Assembly: GCA_051453625.1 (NCBI GenBank)
Contig: JBOZIK010000001.1
Coordinates: forward strand, 29,629,132 to 29,670,572
Length of the DNA stretch: 41,441 nucleotides
Reading direction: 5' to 3'
DNA from: Welwitschia mirabilis
Lineage: Eukaryota
The first letter of the stretch is position 1. Each line of letters begins with the position of its first letter. A program made the translations under genes and the position numbers. The notes under the pieces were generated by a model. The model did no database searches. It saw nothing but the letters and a program-made list of their open reading frames with translations, and was not told the DNA's origin. Positions 26,546-38,122 of this stretch are shown piece by piece.

Positions 26546-28163
26546 GATCCTGAAGAGGCTACTTATCTTAATAAAACTTACAACTTTGAATGTTCTCCTC
26601 TCAGGTCAAACATTTTCCATTCTTTACTATCTTTTAATTATTTCTTCTCTAGATTTGAACTCGATAGTCATAATCCTTTTAATTCTTCTATAATAAGTTA
26701 TCCCAAAAACCAAGTTTTAACTAAGGATGATTTTCTCATAAGCATCCGATTACATCATCATCACTTATCCCACTACCATTTTAAACCTTACCATTCACCA
26801 AATTCATTTTCAAATTACTCCATTAAACCCATAGTTCATCCATTCAAGCCATTAATCCATAAGTGTTTGAGACTTATTAACGTAGGTTAAAGGCCCTTAA
26901 ACAAAAAATTATAAGCAATCACATTATCACCTAAGTAATGATTAAGATCAAGTTTATTTATGTGTTTTTAAGGAAACCTACACTTGTTTTGAGTGCTTTG
27001 GTTAAAAACACATTTGCTTAAGGTCTTTAGTTTTGGTAAAACTTGGATGAAAAAGGTGATATTTATCTTTTTATATGCTCCTTAATTCTAAAGCCTTTGA
27101 TGGGGCCAACATTTATCTTAACTAGGCTAATGAGCTATTGACCCTCTAATGTGCATAAAAATGACTATGGGAAGATGATAAAAAGAAAATAATTTATCTC
27201 TTCTACAAAAGCACATAGAATTAATCACTTAGTTGGGTTTAGCTAATTGTATTGGGGATATGAATGCTTGCTAGTAATGTGGCTCTAATGATATAATTAT
27301 GACATTTTCAACTACATCAAGGCTATAAACACTTACTAGTAATACAGCATTGATTTCTACAAATATAACATGCTTAACTCTATTAGCAAAAAATGCCATA
27401 ACACCAGATGCTAAATGTGATTCTAAGGCATAATACTAAGAACATATACAAAGGTAAAAATGAAAAATAAAGAAACAAAAAAGGTGGAAATCAGAGGCTT
27501 TATATGAGTTATTGTCTCTTAGCTATCATACTTAGAACTTGCATTAATTTCTTAAATTCATATAAGTTACTTGGATAAAACTTTACTTTGTTGATATCAT
27601 GATCCACTAAATATACAAAAATAATAAAGGTATAATAACTTAGGATACTTTTCTTATTTATTCATTGATTTGTGATTTATTCCATTTGACATATTTATCA
27701 TCTCCATTTCATTCCATTTCACTTCACTTTGCTTTGTTACCATTTTCATGAGAAATAATACCTAAGGCATAAACCTATCAATTAACTTTTTATTTATCAT
27801 TATTTCACTGTAGATAGATTTTTCTTTTTCTTAGTTTTTCACTATAGTTAGTTCTTAACTTAGTTGCATGGTTTTCAATAAAAGAACTCTTCATGCTTTA
27901 TGATAAGGCTTATGTTCTTAATAGAAGTAATAGTTATTCACCATAAACTATGAGAATAAAGTTCAATTTTTTTGGGGTTTGGAATCTCTAGTTTCACTAA
28001 ATTTTTTTTTCTTTTATGCCTTAATCACATAAAATTAGTCATAAAATTTTCGAAGTTACATTTTTTTCACACCTAAAGGCCTTTAACTTCAATAATTTTT
28101 CTATGTTTAATCATTTGGTTATCATCGTTTTGCTAAGATGCTAGCAAAAGACTAGTTAGAAAG

Positions 28164-29547
28164 TGTGTTAACATGTAAAAATTAACATTACAATTAAGCT
28201 AAATAATAATTAATCTTAATGAAAGACATTAATATATTTATTTCATCATTGAAAAAAAGTCTTTTATTGCCTTTCATATTAATCGTAGACTTAACTATTC
28301 TTCATAACATTTTCAAGTTTCTTAAGTTTAATTAAAGGACATCACTTAATCTCATAATCATCAAAGCCAAAACACTAGCACCATCATCTAGGACCACTAG
28401 CATTTCTAGTCTTTCTATGCAAATCATATTCAAACTCATGTTCTTGGCTTATCATGGAAAATTAAATAAAATGTAGTTATGGGATTGATCTAATTCCACA
28501 TTATAAATCAATTATACTCTTAATAACATGTGACAGTGATTATGAGAATTCATAAAGTAACATTTAGTAGGGTTAAAGAGGATAATTATGGAAACATATG
28601 GTGTAGTTAGTAGTTGGCAATAACTATAACACTCTAGAGCCAAGTGTTGGTGTTATCATAAGCATCTTTACTAATCAAAAAATAAGATAAATTGTTCCAC
28701 CTAATGTAGTTATGTAACCACCCACCTAATGCTATAAGCCAAGGACTTGTAACCAACCCTGTTCCATATCTCTTACTATAAAACTTAAACCCTTCATTGT
28801 TTTATCTTTACTTCAAGAATTATAGAACCTTAGAGCATCGACTTGTGATGACTTTCTAGGTGACTCTTTGAGGGTGTGAGCTAGTCTTCTAGGATTGCTA
28901 AGAAGTTATTCTTACTTCTTTCTTCTTTGCTATAAATTTCTTCATTTTTGTAATCCAAAATTTACTTTCCTTTGATTTTAATTTATGTGTAATATTATAC
29001 ATGGAACTCTTATGTAACTACTTTAATCATTAAGTTTATTTCAGTTATGTAAATTTCTTTTAATCACTTAGTCTAATTCTTTAATTTCATAGATCTTGAG
29101 TACTTTAGAATTCCTTTTTTTCTATTATTTTAAGACTAAATTATTACTTAGATTCATTATTTATCATATGGTAAATGAGATTATGTCTCATGACTTGGAC
29201 CAAAAGCACTTAATAGTTTTAAGTATTTTGTAGGAAGACAATTGAACAACATTAGAGTGAATGATTACTTAGGACAAATCAGCAATACCTCAAAGCTAAA
29301 TTGCTTTCCTCCTTTCTCAATATGAGGTTCAAACCTAGATCTAAAAATCATCTCTTTCCCTTTTTCTTTTCTTTAAAATTTATCACTTATAGTGCAATTT
29401 TGTATCTAAACTGATGTCATCACTAAGAAAGAATGATAGCTAAGTGTAAACTAAGATTTAAATCTAGTTCACTATACTACACTAATTAGATACCATTATT
29501 TACTTATAAGTTTTGACCTTGATTTATTATTTGTAATAGGAACTACA
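28164..29547 (+). repeat. Element B 3' LTR, preceded by decayed PPT (~28150-28163)
   Basis: TG…CA termini (TGTGTTAAC…GGAACTACA), followed by TSD TGAAT; homologous to 9530-10825. Confidence 0.92.
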
Positions 29548-29588
29548 TGAATGTATGCATCAATGCTTCTGGATTAACATTGAATGAG

Positions 29589-30924
29589 TATTAGAATACA
29601 AATTATGTGTTCAAACTGACATTTCTTTTGAATGAATCTCTTATCTTTAGTACCTACAAATCTTAATAAAACTTGCATAAAATGCACTAGTATATGAGAG
29701 TTAACCCAATTTTCATACTCTATAGAGGAATTATAAAGAGAAAGCTAAAAGACTATTGCAAATTATTTCTATCCTAAGTTTTAGAATGATAAATTGATGA
29801 AAATGCAATGATGCAATAGATGAATGCAATATGCAAAAAATGAATGCAACCTAAATGCAAATCCTAACCAACTGCACCAACTTGTTATTACCCAATTTGG
29901 CACTTATACATTATATCATGAATTAGAATTAAACTTGATTCCAACATAATATATGAATAATATAAGAGAGAATATTTGAAAAGAAACAAAATAATATTTA
30001 TTAATCTTAATGTTCTTATGTTAATGTATAGAGCAAAAGCTTCTCAATGAAGGAGACACAGCCCAATACCAAGAGATGTTCTTCTCTATAATTAAGATGG
30101 ATTCCTTGCTCAATTGCTCTCTAAATCATTATAAGAATAATTAATGCAATCAAGATAAGAAATAAGGAATCTAATTGTGGTATTTATAAGATTTGTAATG
30201 ACTATTAGGATTTCTAAAGAGTTTTAATTGATCATAGGTAATCATTATAGTGATTAAATAATTAATGGAGTTGTTTTATATTTTTCATGTCAGTTGTCAT
30301 TTTTTCATGGCTTCTTTTCTTCCACGTGTCTTCTTAGTAATGATTATCTTTTTATTTTCTTAATATCATTCTAGCTATGATTTGAATAATGAGGTGGATG
30401 ACAACTAGTAGTGAAAGTTATAAATTCTGTCTCTTTAGATCCTACTACTTGTCCTGAGTATCATCTAGATGACTAGGCGGATAACTCTCAATAGAAACAT
30501 GTTTTCATTTTTTATTAATCCTATTGGTTATATGCTTAATTATCATCTGAAAGATGAGATGAATGATAATTGATCTTTAGGCTTTTTAGTTTTCTATGTC
30601 CTTATTGGCTCTCAAAATATGATTTAAGTTCTTTGATAACTATCATCCTCTAGAGTGTCGTCTAGATAACATGGTATAATAAGATTTTCTTTATCTTCTA
30701 GTCTTCTAATTATCATCTATTATTTTACACTAGGTTCATGATGTTTTGGAAAAGTTAGGGAGTGTAAAATGTGTATGAAAAAAGTTTATTATCTCTAAAT
30801 TTGGTAGTTTATATGATCATCTTAATTAAGCTTTAGATTCTTCCTATTTGGCTTAGGAACCTACTAAAAGTTCTTAAAACATACTTTAATCATAATGTTA
30901 AATATCACAATTGAACTCATAACA
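29589..30924 (-). repeat. Element D 3' LTR
   Basis: Collinear with 38123-39479 (e.g. ATGCAACCTAAATGCAAATCCTAA and CATAATGTTAAATATCA in both). Confidence 0.92.
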
Positions 30925-30937
30925 TAGTTCCCCCAAG
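30925..30937 (-). other. Element D polypurine tract
   Basis: Reverse complement CTTGGGGGAACTA abuts the LTR start TGTTATGAG. Confidence 0.85.
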
Positions 30938-31313
30938 TATTTCTCAATCCCTAAAAAAGAAAGCAAAAAAGAATAGAAATGAACTAAATTAATAGCGATA
31001 ATTAATTATTAAAATGCATAAATGAAATTTATAAGTATTACTAGATAGGTTCCTAATCATTATGGGCTTAATATAACATTTTCTTATGAATTTGAAAAAA
31101 ATGATGTTCCGTCTGGTATATGATCTAAACAACATAAGGGATGATAACCTCAAAAACTAATTTATTATAACTCCTTAATATTATTTTCTTAAAAATTACT
31201 TCTTCTCTAGTAAATAAATCTTTGATATACATAATCTTATACAAAAATTATATTAGTTCCCAACTTAAATTTTTTCCAAATTGAAAGAAATCATGACTTA
31301 AAAACTACAAAAA

Positions 31314-31348
31314 ATATATGTGTATATGTATATATATATGTATATATG
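31314..31348. repeat. Imperfect (AT)n/(GT) microsatellite
   Basis: ATATATGTGTATATGTATATATATATGTATATATG. Confidence 0.8.
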
Positions 31349-31399
31349 AAACTTTATAATACAATGAAAATAATGGTGTTATATCATCCACCTTGATGA

Positions 31400-32700
31400 G
31401 CTATGGTAAACTCTACTCTAGCACTCAAAGTAGGCAGAGATGAATGGCCTTATTCTCTAGTAGAAAGTAGGTACTCATAACAGTTTGTACTAAGTGTGTA
31501 ACCTTCTCATCTTGAACCCATACTATCTTTGAAAGATCTATAGTGACCCTTGCTTAATCTGTCTAGCATGACTCTCTAGAGTTGGCATTTGCTCTCTTAT
31601 ATCAATCATCTGATGCTCCATGAAAGTCATCTTCTACCTAATCTCAGTAAACCCCTAATCCATCATCTCACATATCTCCTAAAATGCACCTACAAGTAGA
31701 GCCTATATTTGATCAATTACAGCTACTCCTAGGATAGCTCTACAGGCCTACTATTATTGTCACTTAATATCCCTAAGAATTTAAATGTCCATGTTACGCA
31801 TGTATTAGGTATAAGTCTATAAATGAGTCATCTGCTACTTGCCAACTAGCTCTAGAATGCTATAATGTCTGAATATAATAGTAAGCAAGCATAAGAAGCC
31901 AATTTTATAGAGGTGTCATGCCTCTAATATAGCTCATAATCTCCTCCATATAAAGAAAGCCAAGTCCATCAACTCCCTCTGATGAAATGCTGTCAATATG
32001 TGTAGATGTACTATCATACATTGACTATCATAAAAGGAAGGACTAATGTTATGAATTAGTCCTTTATGTAAAACTTTATAGGCCAAAAAAAGATGTATTA
32101 CTAGTACTTCTCTTCTATCTTATACCATATTTAATGGAATGTTCAACATCATGCTATATGCACATCTATTTACCTTACCACTTGCTAAGTGTATATACAT
32201 ACTGCCTAATCCACCAAGTTCTATTACCTTAGCAATATGACCTAGAATAATTAATACCTTATAACCATGGATTATGGTTATGATCATATCTATCATGTAC
32301 CCATCTACATCTAGTCATACATCCATATGCATGGAGTCATAAAACTATCAAATGTCTAAACTAAAATAAATACCCCATGCATCCAAGATCCATTACAACT
32401 AGAGCTCTATTATTCTATCATCTATCTCATGATCTAATCACCTCATGAAATTCCCAAAGTTTCTCTCTACCCTGATACATGCTATCTAAATAGACTAATA
32501 TCTGGTAAAACAAGAAGGGCGATGAACTTACTTAGCTCTCTCGACTAGGTTATGAGATGTCCTAAAATGGTCTCGAAAGAGGATTCTGCCTTTACCTCTA
32601 TCTGTCTAGACTAAGCTCTGATAAGTGGCCTACTAAAAATATCCATAATGTATATCATATATAAAATTAAAATTCTAGATCTATTATGTAGTACGTATAA
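31400..32700 (-). pseudogene. Element D ORF2/'env-like' remnant
   Basis: Reverse complement of ~31930-32062 (GGACTAATTCATAACATT…ATGATAGTACATCTACACATATTGACAGCATTT…AGAGGGAG…ATGGAC) aligns to element C 22241-22380. Boundaries approximate. Confidence 0.65.
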
Positions 32701-33811
32701 GAATTTTTTGATGTCCTCCTTAAAAAATTTAGCATAAAGTCACATAGACTAATTTCTACCCCCCTCCCATTTACTGTAATTCATCCCAAATTATGTGAAA
32801 AAAGGAGAAAATTGGAGAACTTTTGTGAAGTTTTTAAAAATGATGGATGCAAAAAATGTGAAAAAACAAGTGGTATATATCAAAAATCTAATGTGGTAAA
32901 ATTGTAGAGCTTAACTCAGTGATCATTTTGACTATAAATATGACTATATTTCTTCACATAAAGTGAGATAAATTTAAATTTGTAAAAGAAAATATATTTC
33001 TACCTTGTAAAGAGCACAAACTTACATATCACATAAAATATGTATGAAATTCAAATCCATTTAAACCAAAATGATAGGTATGAAAAATTGATCATTCTAC
33101 AGAAAAGTGAAATTCAAAAATGCTAAGAAATGATAGAATTAAGTAAAAATAGATAGAAGGAAGAAAACACACTTTATTTTTGGAAAATTTATTTAAATCT
33201 CATATTTTGAGACAAGATCTAATGAGATAAAGCTATTTGGATGCTAGAGATGTGAAGGCACAATTCTTATAACTCAAGAATGAATAAAATCATTAAGAAA
33301 ATGAAGAAAAGTAAATGAAAAAAGGGTTTAAAACTATAGTTCTATAGCCTTCATCCACTGCATCTTCTAGATGATAATTCTAAGATGACTATCAATTAAA
33401 GATGAATGTCATTTGTTATGTCATTTGGATGACATCAAGAATGACATGGTTTTTAAAACATGAATTTTATTTTTCTTGTCATCTAAATGACATAGTAGAT
33501 GATAATGCTTTTTCAACAACTTTTAAGAAAGTTTAAGTGGAAGGTAAGGTCTACAAATTTGTGGATAGAAATAAGTTAAAAACTCTTTTACATTGATTTT
33601 AAGGGATGAAGTTTATTAGTTTGATTAGAATGCTATGACAATGTTGAGGTTAAGGAGGTCGTGAAGATAGTACTTAGATTGGAAAATGTATGATATACAA
33701 TGATGTATTAAAGGAGTTATAGGAATTTGAAGGTAATAATATTAAAGAAGGTGAAAATGCTATTGTCCTCACTGTTTTCTAGGGATAGCACAATGAATGA
33801 TACTTAATAAT

Positions 33812-33968
33812 AGCATTTTTTTTTAATAAGGCAAAGGGTAATTTTAAATACATATATCTTGAGAAGACAAAAAAGAAGATAGCATCATTCCTTTTTCTAA
33901 ATAAGACAAAGGGTAATTTTAGATATATACATCTCAAGAAGATAAAAAAGAATAGGGAACATCATTCA
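33812..33968. repeat. ~77-bp tandem duplication in element D 3' UTR
   Basis: Two copies of AATAAG(G/A)CAAAGGGTAATTTTA(A/G)ATA..TA.ATCT..AGAAGA.AAAAAAGAA…CATCATTC. Confidence 0.85.
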
Positions 33969-35399
33969 CCTTTTTGTCTGAATGATTAAGGAAATGACAC
34001 CTTTGGTAGTTTATAACTGAAGATTAATTTCATAGTTTTAAGAGGAAAAGATGTTATGATGGCAAGATGACATGGTTAAGACATTTTTAGGAGGCACAAT
34101 AAAGGGTTTAATCATTATGCATGAGAACATGAGAATTTCCAACAAGAAGATTAAAAAATGATAAAATTTTCACCATTTTTTATGAAAAAGTAAGTTAATG
34201 ACTTTAAAATAATTGATTTGCAACTAAGAAAATCAAAACTAAAAATGGACAANNNNNNNNNNNNNNNNNNNNNNNNNNNNNNNNNNNNNNNNNNNNNNNN
34301 NNNNNNNNNNNNNNNNNNNNNNNNNNNNNNNNNNNNNNNNNNNNNNNNNNNNNNNNNNNNNNNNNNNNNNNNNNNNNNNNNNNNNNNNNNNNNNNNNNNN
34401 NNNNNNNNNNNNNNNNNNNNNNNNNNNNNNNNNNNNNNNNNNNNNNNNNNNNNNNNNNNNNNNNNNNNNNNNNNNNNNNNNNNNNNNNNNNNNNNNNNNN
34501 NNNNNNNNNNNNNNNNNNNNNNNNNNNNNNNNNNNNNNNNNNNNNNNNNNNNNNNNNNNNNNNNNNNNNNNNNNNNNNNNNNNNNNNNNNNNNNNNNNNN
34601 NNNNNNNNNNNNNNNNNNNNNNNNNNNNNNNNNNNNNNNNNNNNNNNNNNNNNNNNNNNNNNNNNNNNNNNNNNNNNNNNNNNNNNNNNNNNNNNNNNNN
34701 NNNNNNNNNNNNNNNNNNNNNNNNNNNNNNNNNNNNNNNNNNNNNNNNNNNNNNNNNNNNNNNNNNNNNNNNNNNNNNNNNNNNNNNNNNNNNNNNNNNN
34801 NNNNNNNNNNNNNNNNNNNNNNNNNNNNNNNNNNNNNNNNNNNNNNNNNNNNNNNNNNNNNNNNNNNNNNNNNNNNNNNNNNNNNNNNNNNNNNNNNNNN
34901 NNNNNNNNNNNNNNNNNNNNNNNNNNNNNNNNNNNNNNNNNNNNNNNNNNNNNCATCTAATGATTCATATACTAAAACTTCCTCCAAGATTTTTCCTTAG
35001 AGTAATGAGAATTAAGTGTGATGTTGAGAAAATCTGTTCTTCATGATAAGGGAAGTGCAACCACTACTAAGAGAGTGAGGATCCACAAAAAAAGCTAGAT
35101 CATTATGAACTAACCCTTTGATGGAGTTTTCACAACTACCATATCATACTATTTAAGGCCCCTCTCTGGAAACTTTGCCCTTGTGTGCTTATGGTGGGAT
35201 ATCATGGTGTATTTTTAAGAAGGATTAACTTTTTATTTTATTTTCTCTTTAATTATTTTTTTAAATAATTGTTTTTATTTTTTAAAAAATGTTTGATAAT
35301 TTTTTAATAACAAAAAAAAAACAGAAAAATCTTATTTTATAAAGGATGATGTTGAATAAGCATTAAGGGTATAATTTGTTGTTCAAGATCATAATCTTC

Positions 35400-37450
35400 T
35401 CCCTTATCTTTTTTAATTACATCAAAGACTCTAATAGTTAATTTCTTATTTCTTACATGGCATTACATCATTCTTGTTTATATATTAATCATGCAATAAG
35501 TTGTTGCAACAAGCTCTTCCTAAGAGAAAAGGGTATCCTCCATTGTATTCTACATCAATGATGACCAAATTTATAGGGTAAAAGGCCTCTTCAATTTATA
35601 TGACTATATTCTTAATATCTCAAATTGGTTTTCTAATAGTTGCATTGGCTAGTTCCAACACAATTTTGTTGATTCAATTCTATTTTCTAATTCAAACTTT
35701 TTACAAATGTGAAATAGCATAATGTTGACACTCTTTCCTATGTCTATTAGTTCTTTTTTAACCTTTTTTATTTCTTCTAAAATAACACTAAATATGGTAG
35801 ACCCTGAGTCTTTGAAGTTTGTTACATTTTTATGTTACTAAGTTAGAAAGGAATCATGCAATGAACACCCTACTTGGTGTGGCTCTATTTTATTGTTTCT
35901 TCACTAAGTCCTTCTAGATTTTGTTGTATCTAGGTTTATCTTACAATAATTTCTAGAAAGATAAGTTAATACTCACATCTTGCATAATTACTTTAAGATA
36001 ATCATCATAGGTAGGATTAGTATTTAATATTTCTAACTAAAGAGTTTATTTCTCATATCCTCATTAGTTGTGTTATAATTGGATTTTTATTTAGGATCTA
36101 AATGAAATCTAGCTTGATCAATAATTTCTATATCCTTATCATGGATTTGATATTCTTAATTATGAGAAGTGGAAGTTGCTACATTAAAAGTTATATCGTA
36201 TCCACTTCTTATCACTATCTTCCAACCCTTTTTAACATCATTTAGGTTGGGAATGGTGTGGGTCACAAGGGAGCATTTAGTTCTTTGATTTCCTAACATG
36301 GTTTATTTAAATATGCCTATAAGGTTTTCCATGTTCTTATTGGTGGCCTCTTGTATATTTTTTAATTTCCTTAGTTGAATCTCTAAGCAAATCATTGTTA
36401 GGATATTATGAGACTAAAAGTTATTTGGCTGATAATTATTAGGCTGAAAGTTGTTGAGTTGAAACATATTATGCTAAAAGTTATTGCCCTATATCTATTA
36501 TCAAAAGAGGGTTTAAAGGTTGATTATGATTCCATATTTCATGGTTAAAATTGTTGACTATTTCTAAAGTTATTAGGTTTTTTATTAAATGTATAGGTCT
36601 TACATGTTGGTAAAGTAGGATAATCTTTGATGTAATGAAAGTTATCTTCATATATTTAATAAGGAAAGTAAGGTATTGATGATTGAGGTTATTGATTTAA
36701 AACTTTTACATCAGCGAAGGCCTTGGTGTAATTTTCTAATGTGTTGATAAGATCTTGAACTAGGTTGTTAGGGCTAGGTTTCTTTTCATGTTGTACTTTC
36801 TTCATGCCTTTCAATATTTTTCCTATACTTTTATTTTATTTAATTATTGATTTAGGTCATGTTTTATTAATTTCTACTAATTCTTCCAAAACTTTTCAAG
36901 AATACTTAAAATTTAATTTGAATAAATTTTCGTCACATGCAAATCTAATAGGTGCTTAGTTTGGCTACTCAATCCACTATAAAAGTAGCTAATAAGTTCT
37001 ACCCTTGAAAATTCATCTACAGGATTGGATGATACAATAATTAAAAATCTCTCATAATTTATAGAATAATCCTCATGATGTTATTATGAAAAGTTGGTAA
37101 TTTATTTTCTTATTTTTCTCATGATTGCTTAATCCATGAATCTTTTTACAAAGGTATTTTAAACTTAGCTCCAAGTATTAAAGCTTTTATATGAAATAGT
37201 TTTCAACTAGTTCTTAGCCTTAACTCTAACGATGAAAGGAAAAATGATTATGTAAGTCCTATCCATTACCTTATTTTTGCCATTTCTTGAAGTAATCATT
37301 AGTTATTCTATTTTTTCTAAGTGTTGAAAAGGGTCTTATTAATCTTCTCTTGAGAAAGTATAGTAGGCTTACAAGTTTTTGAGTTCTACATCATCTCCAT
37401 TGGTAGATCATAGGGGTTTTAGATCTCTTGTTTTTTTCTTTATGCTATTA
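35400..37450 (-). pseudogene. Element D gag and aspartic protease remnants
   Basis: Minus strand: ELKNL*AYYTFSRED**DPFQHLEKIE*L, IFPFIVRVKAKN*L, FYSGL, FKDSGS, ELIDIGKSVNIML (~35715-35753), YPFLLGR; parallels element C gag-PR. Confidence 0.85.
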
Positions 37451-38100
37451 GTTTCTTCAGAGTTAAGGAAGAAGTGGGAGTAGAAGAGCTAGATATTTTT
37501 GTGTGTTTGAAGGAGAAAGTGCTTAAAAGGTATGATTTGAAGAAGAAGATTATTTAAATAAACTACTTTCAGAAATAGGTAAATTACAATTAGAAATTTA
37601 AAAAGTAAAAAATTAATCTTATCTTATTCTTGATTGAAATGAAACTTTCTCATATTAAGTTCTTAAATTAAAGTTTACTAACCCTAATTTAATTATTTGG
37701 CTAATAAATTACTTCTCTCGCTTAGGTATTTTCTGTGTGATAATTCTCTTACATTTCCATAAAAGATTAAAAACAAAATTATTTACATCAAAGTGGAAAA
37801 CTCCCTTTCAGATTACACAAAGTGTAAGAAGGAGATATGCCAACAATGGATGTAACACAAAGTGTAGATCAATTTTATTGAAATCTCTAAAAGTAAAACT
37901 AATAGTAATATGGGAATAAAAACTTACAAAATTTTAAAAAATGAAAACAAAAAAAAAAAACAAATTTAAGCTAAACTAGAAAAACAAACATTTAAGCTAA
38001 ACTAAGAAAAGAAAAGAAAACTTCTATGTACACGTTACACAAGTAAATAACTTTAGTTATTTATGCATTGAGATTCAATCTTCTAAACTTTCTTAAACTC

Positions 38101-38119
38101 CTCCATAATAATGATACCA
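38101..38119 (-). other. Element D primer binding site (decayed Athila-type PBS)
   Basis: Minus strand TGGTATCATTATTATGGAG vs TGGCGCCGTTGCCGGGGAG: all differences but one are C>T/G>A; 3 bp from the LTR end. Confidence 0.75.
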
Positions 38120-38122
38120 ATT

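Larger units (their letters stand above)
9530..29547 (+). mobile_element. Element B: non-autonomous Athila-type LTR retrotransposon (gag-protease only), interrupted by element C
   Basis: LTR pair 9530-~10825 / 28164-29547; perfect 5-bp TSD TGAAT at 9525-9529 and 29548-29552; 3' LTR begins TG and ends CA; Athila gag and protease motifs. Confidence 0.9.

Noticed and set aside
34151..35000. Three 250-278 aa ORFs
   Set aside because: Almost entirely N-gap (X) translation.
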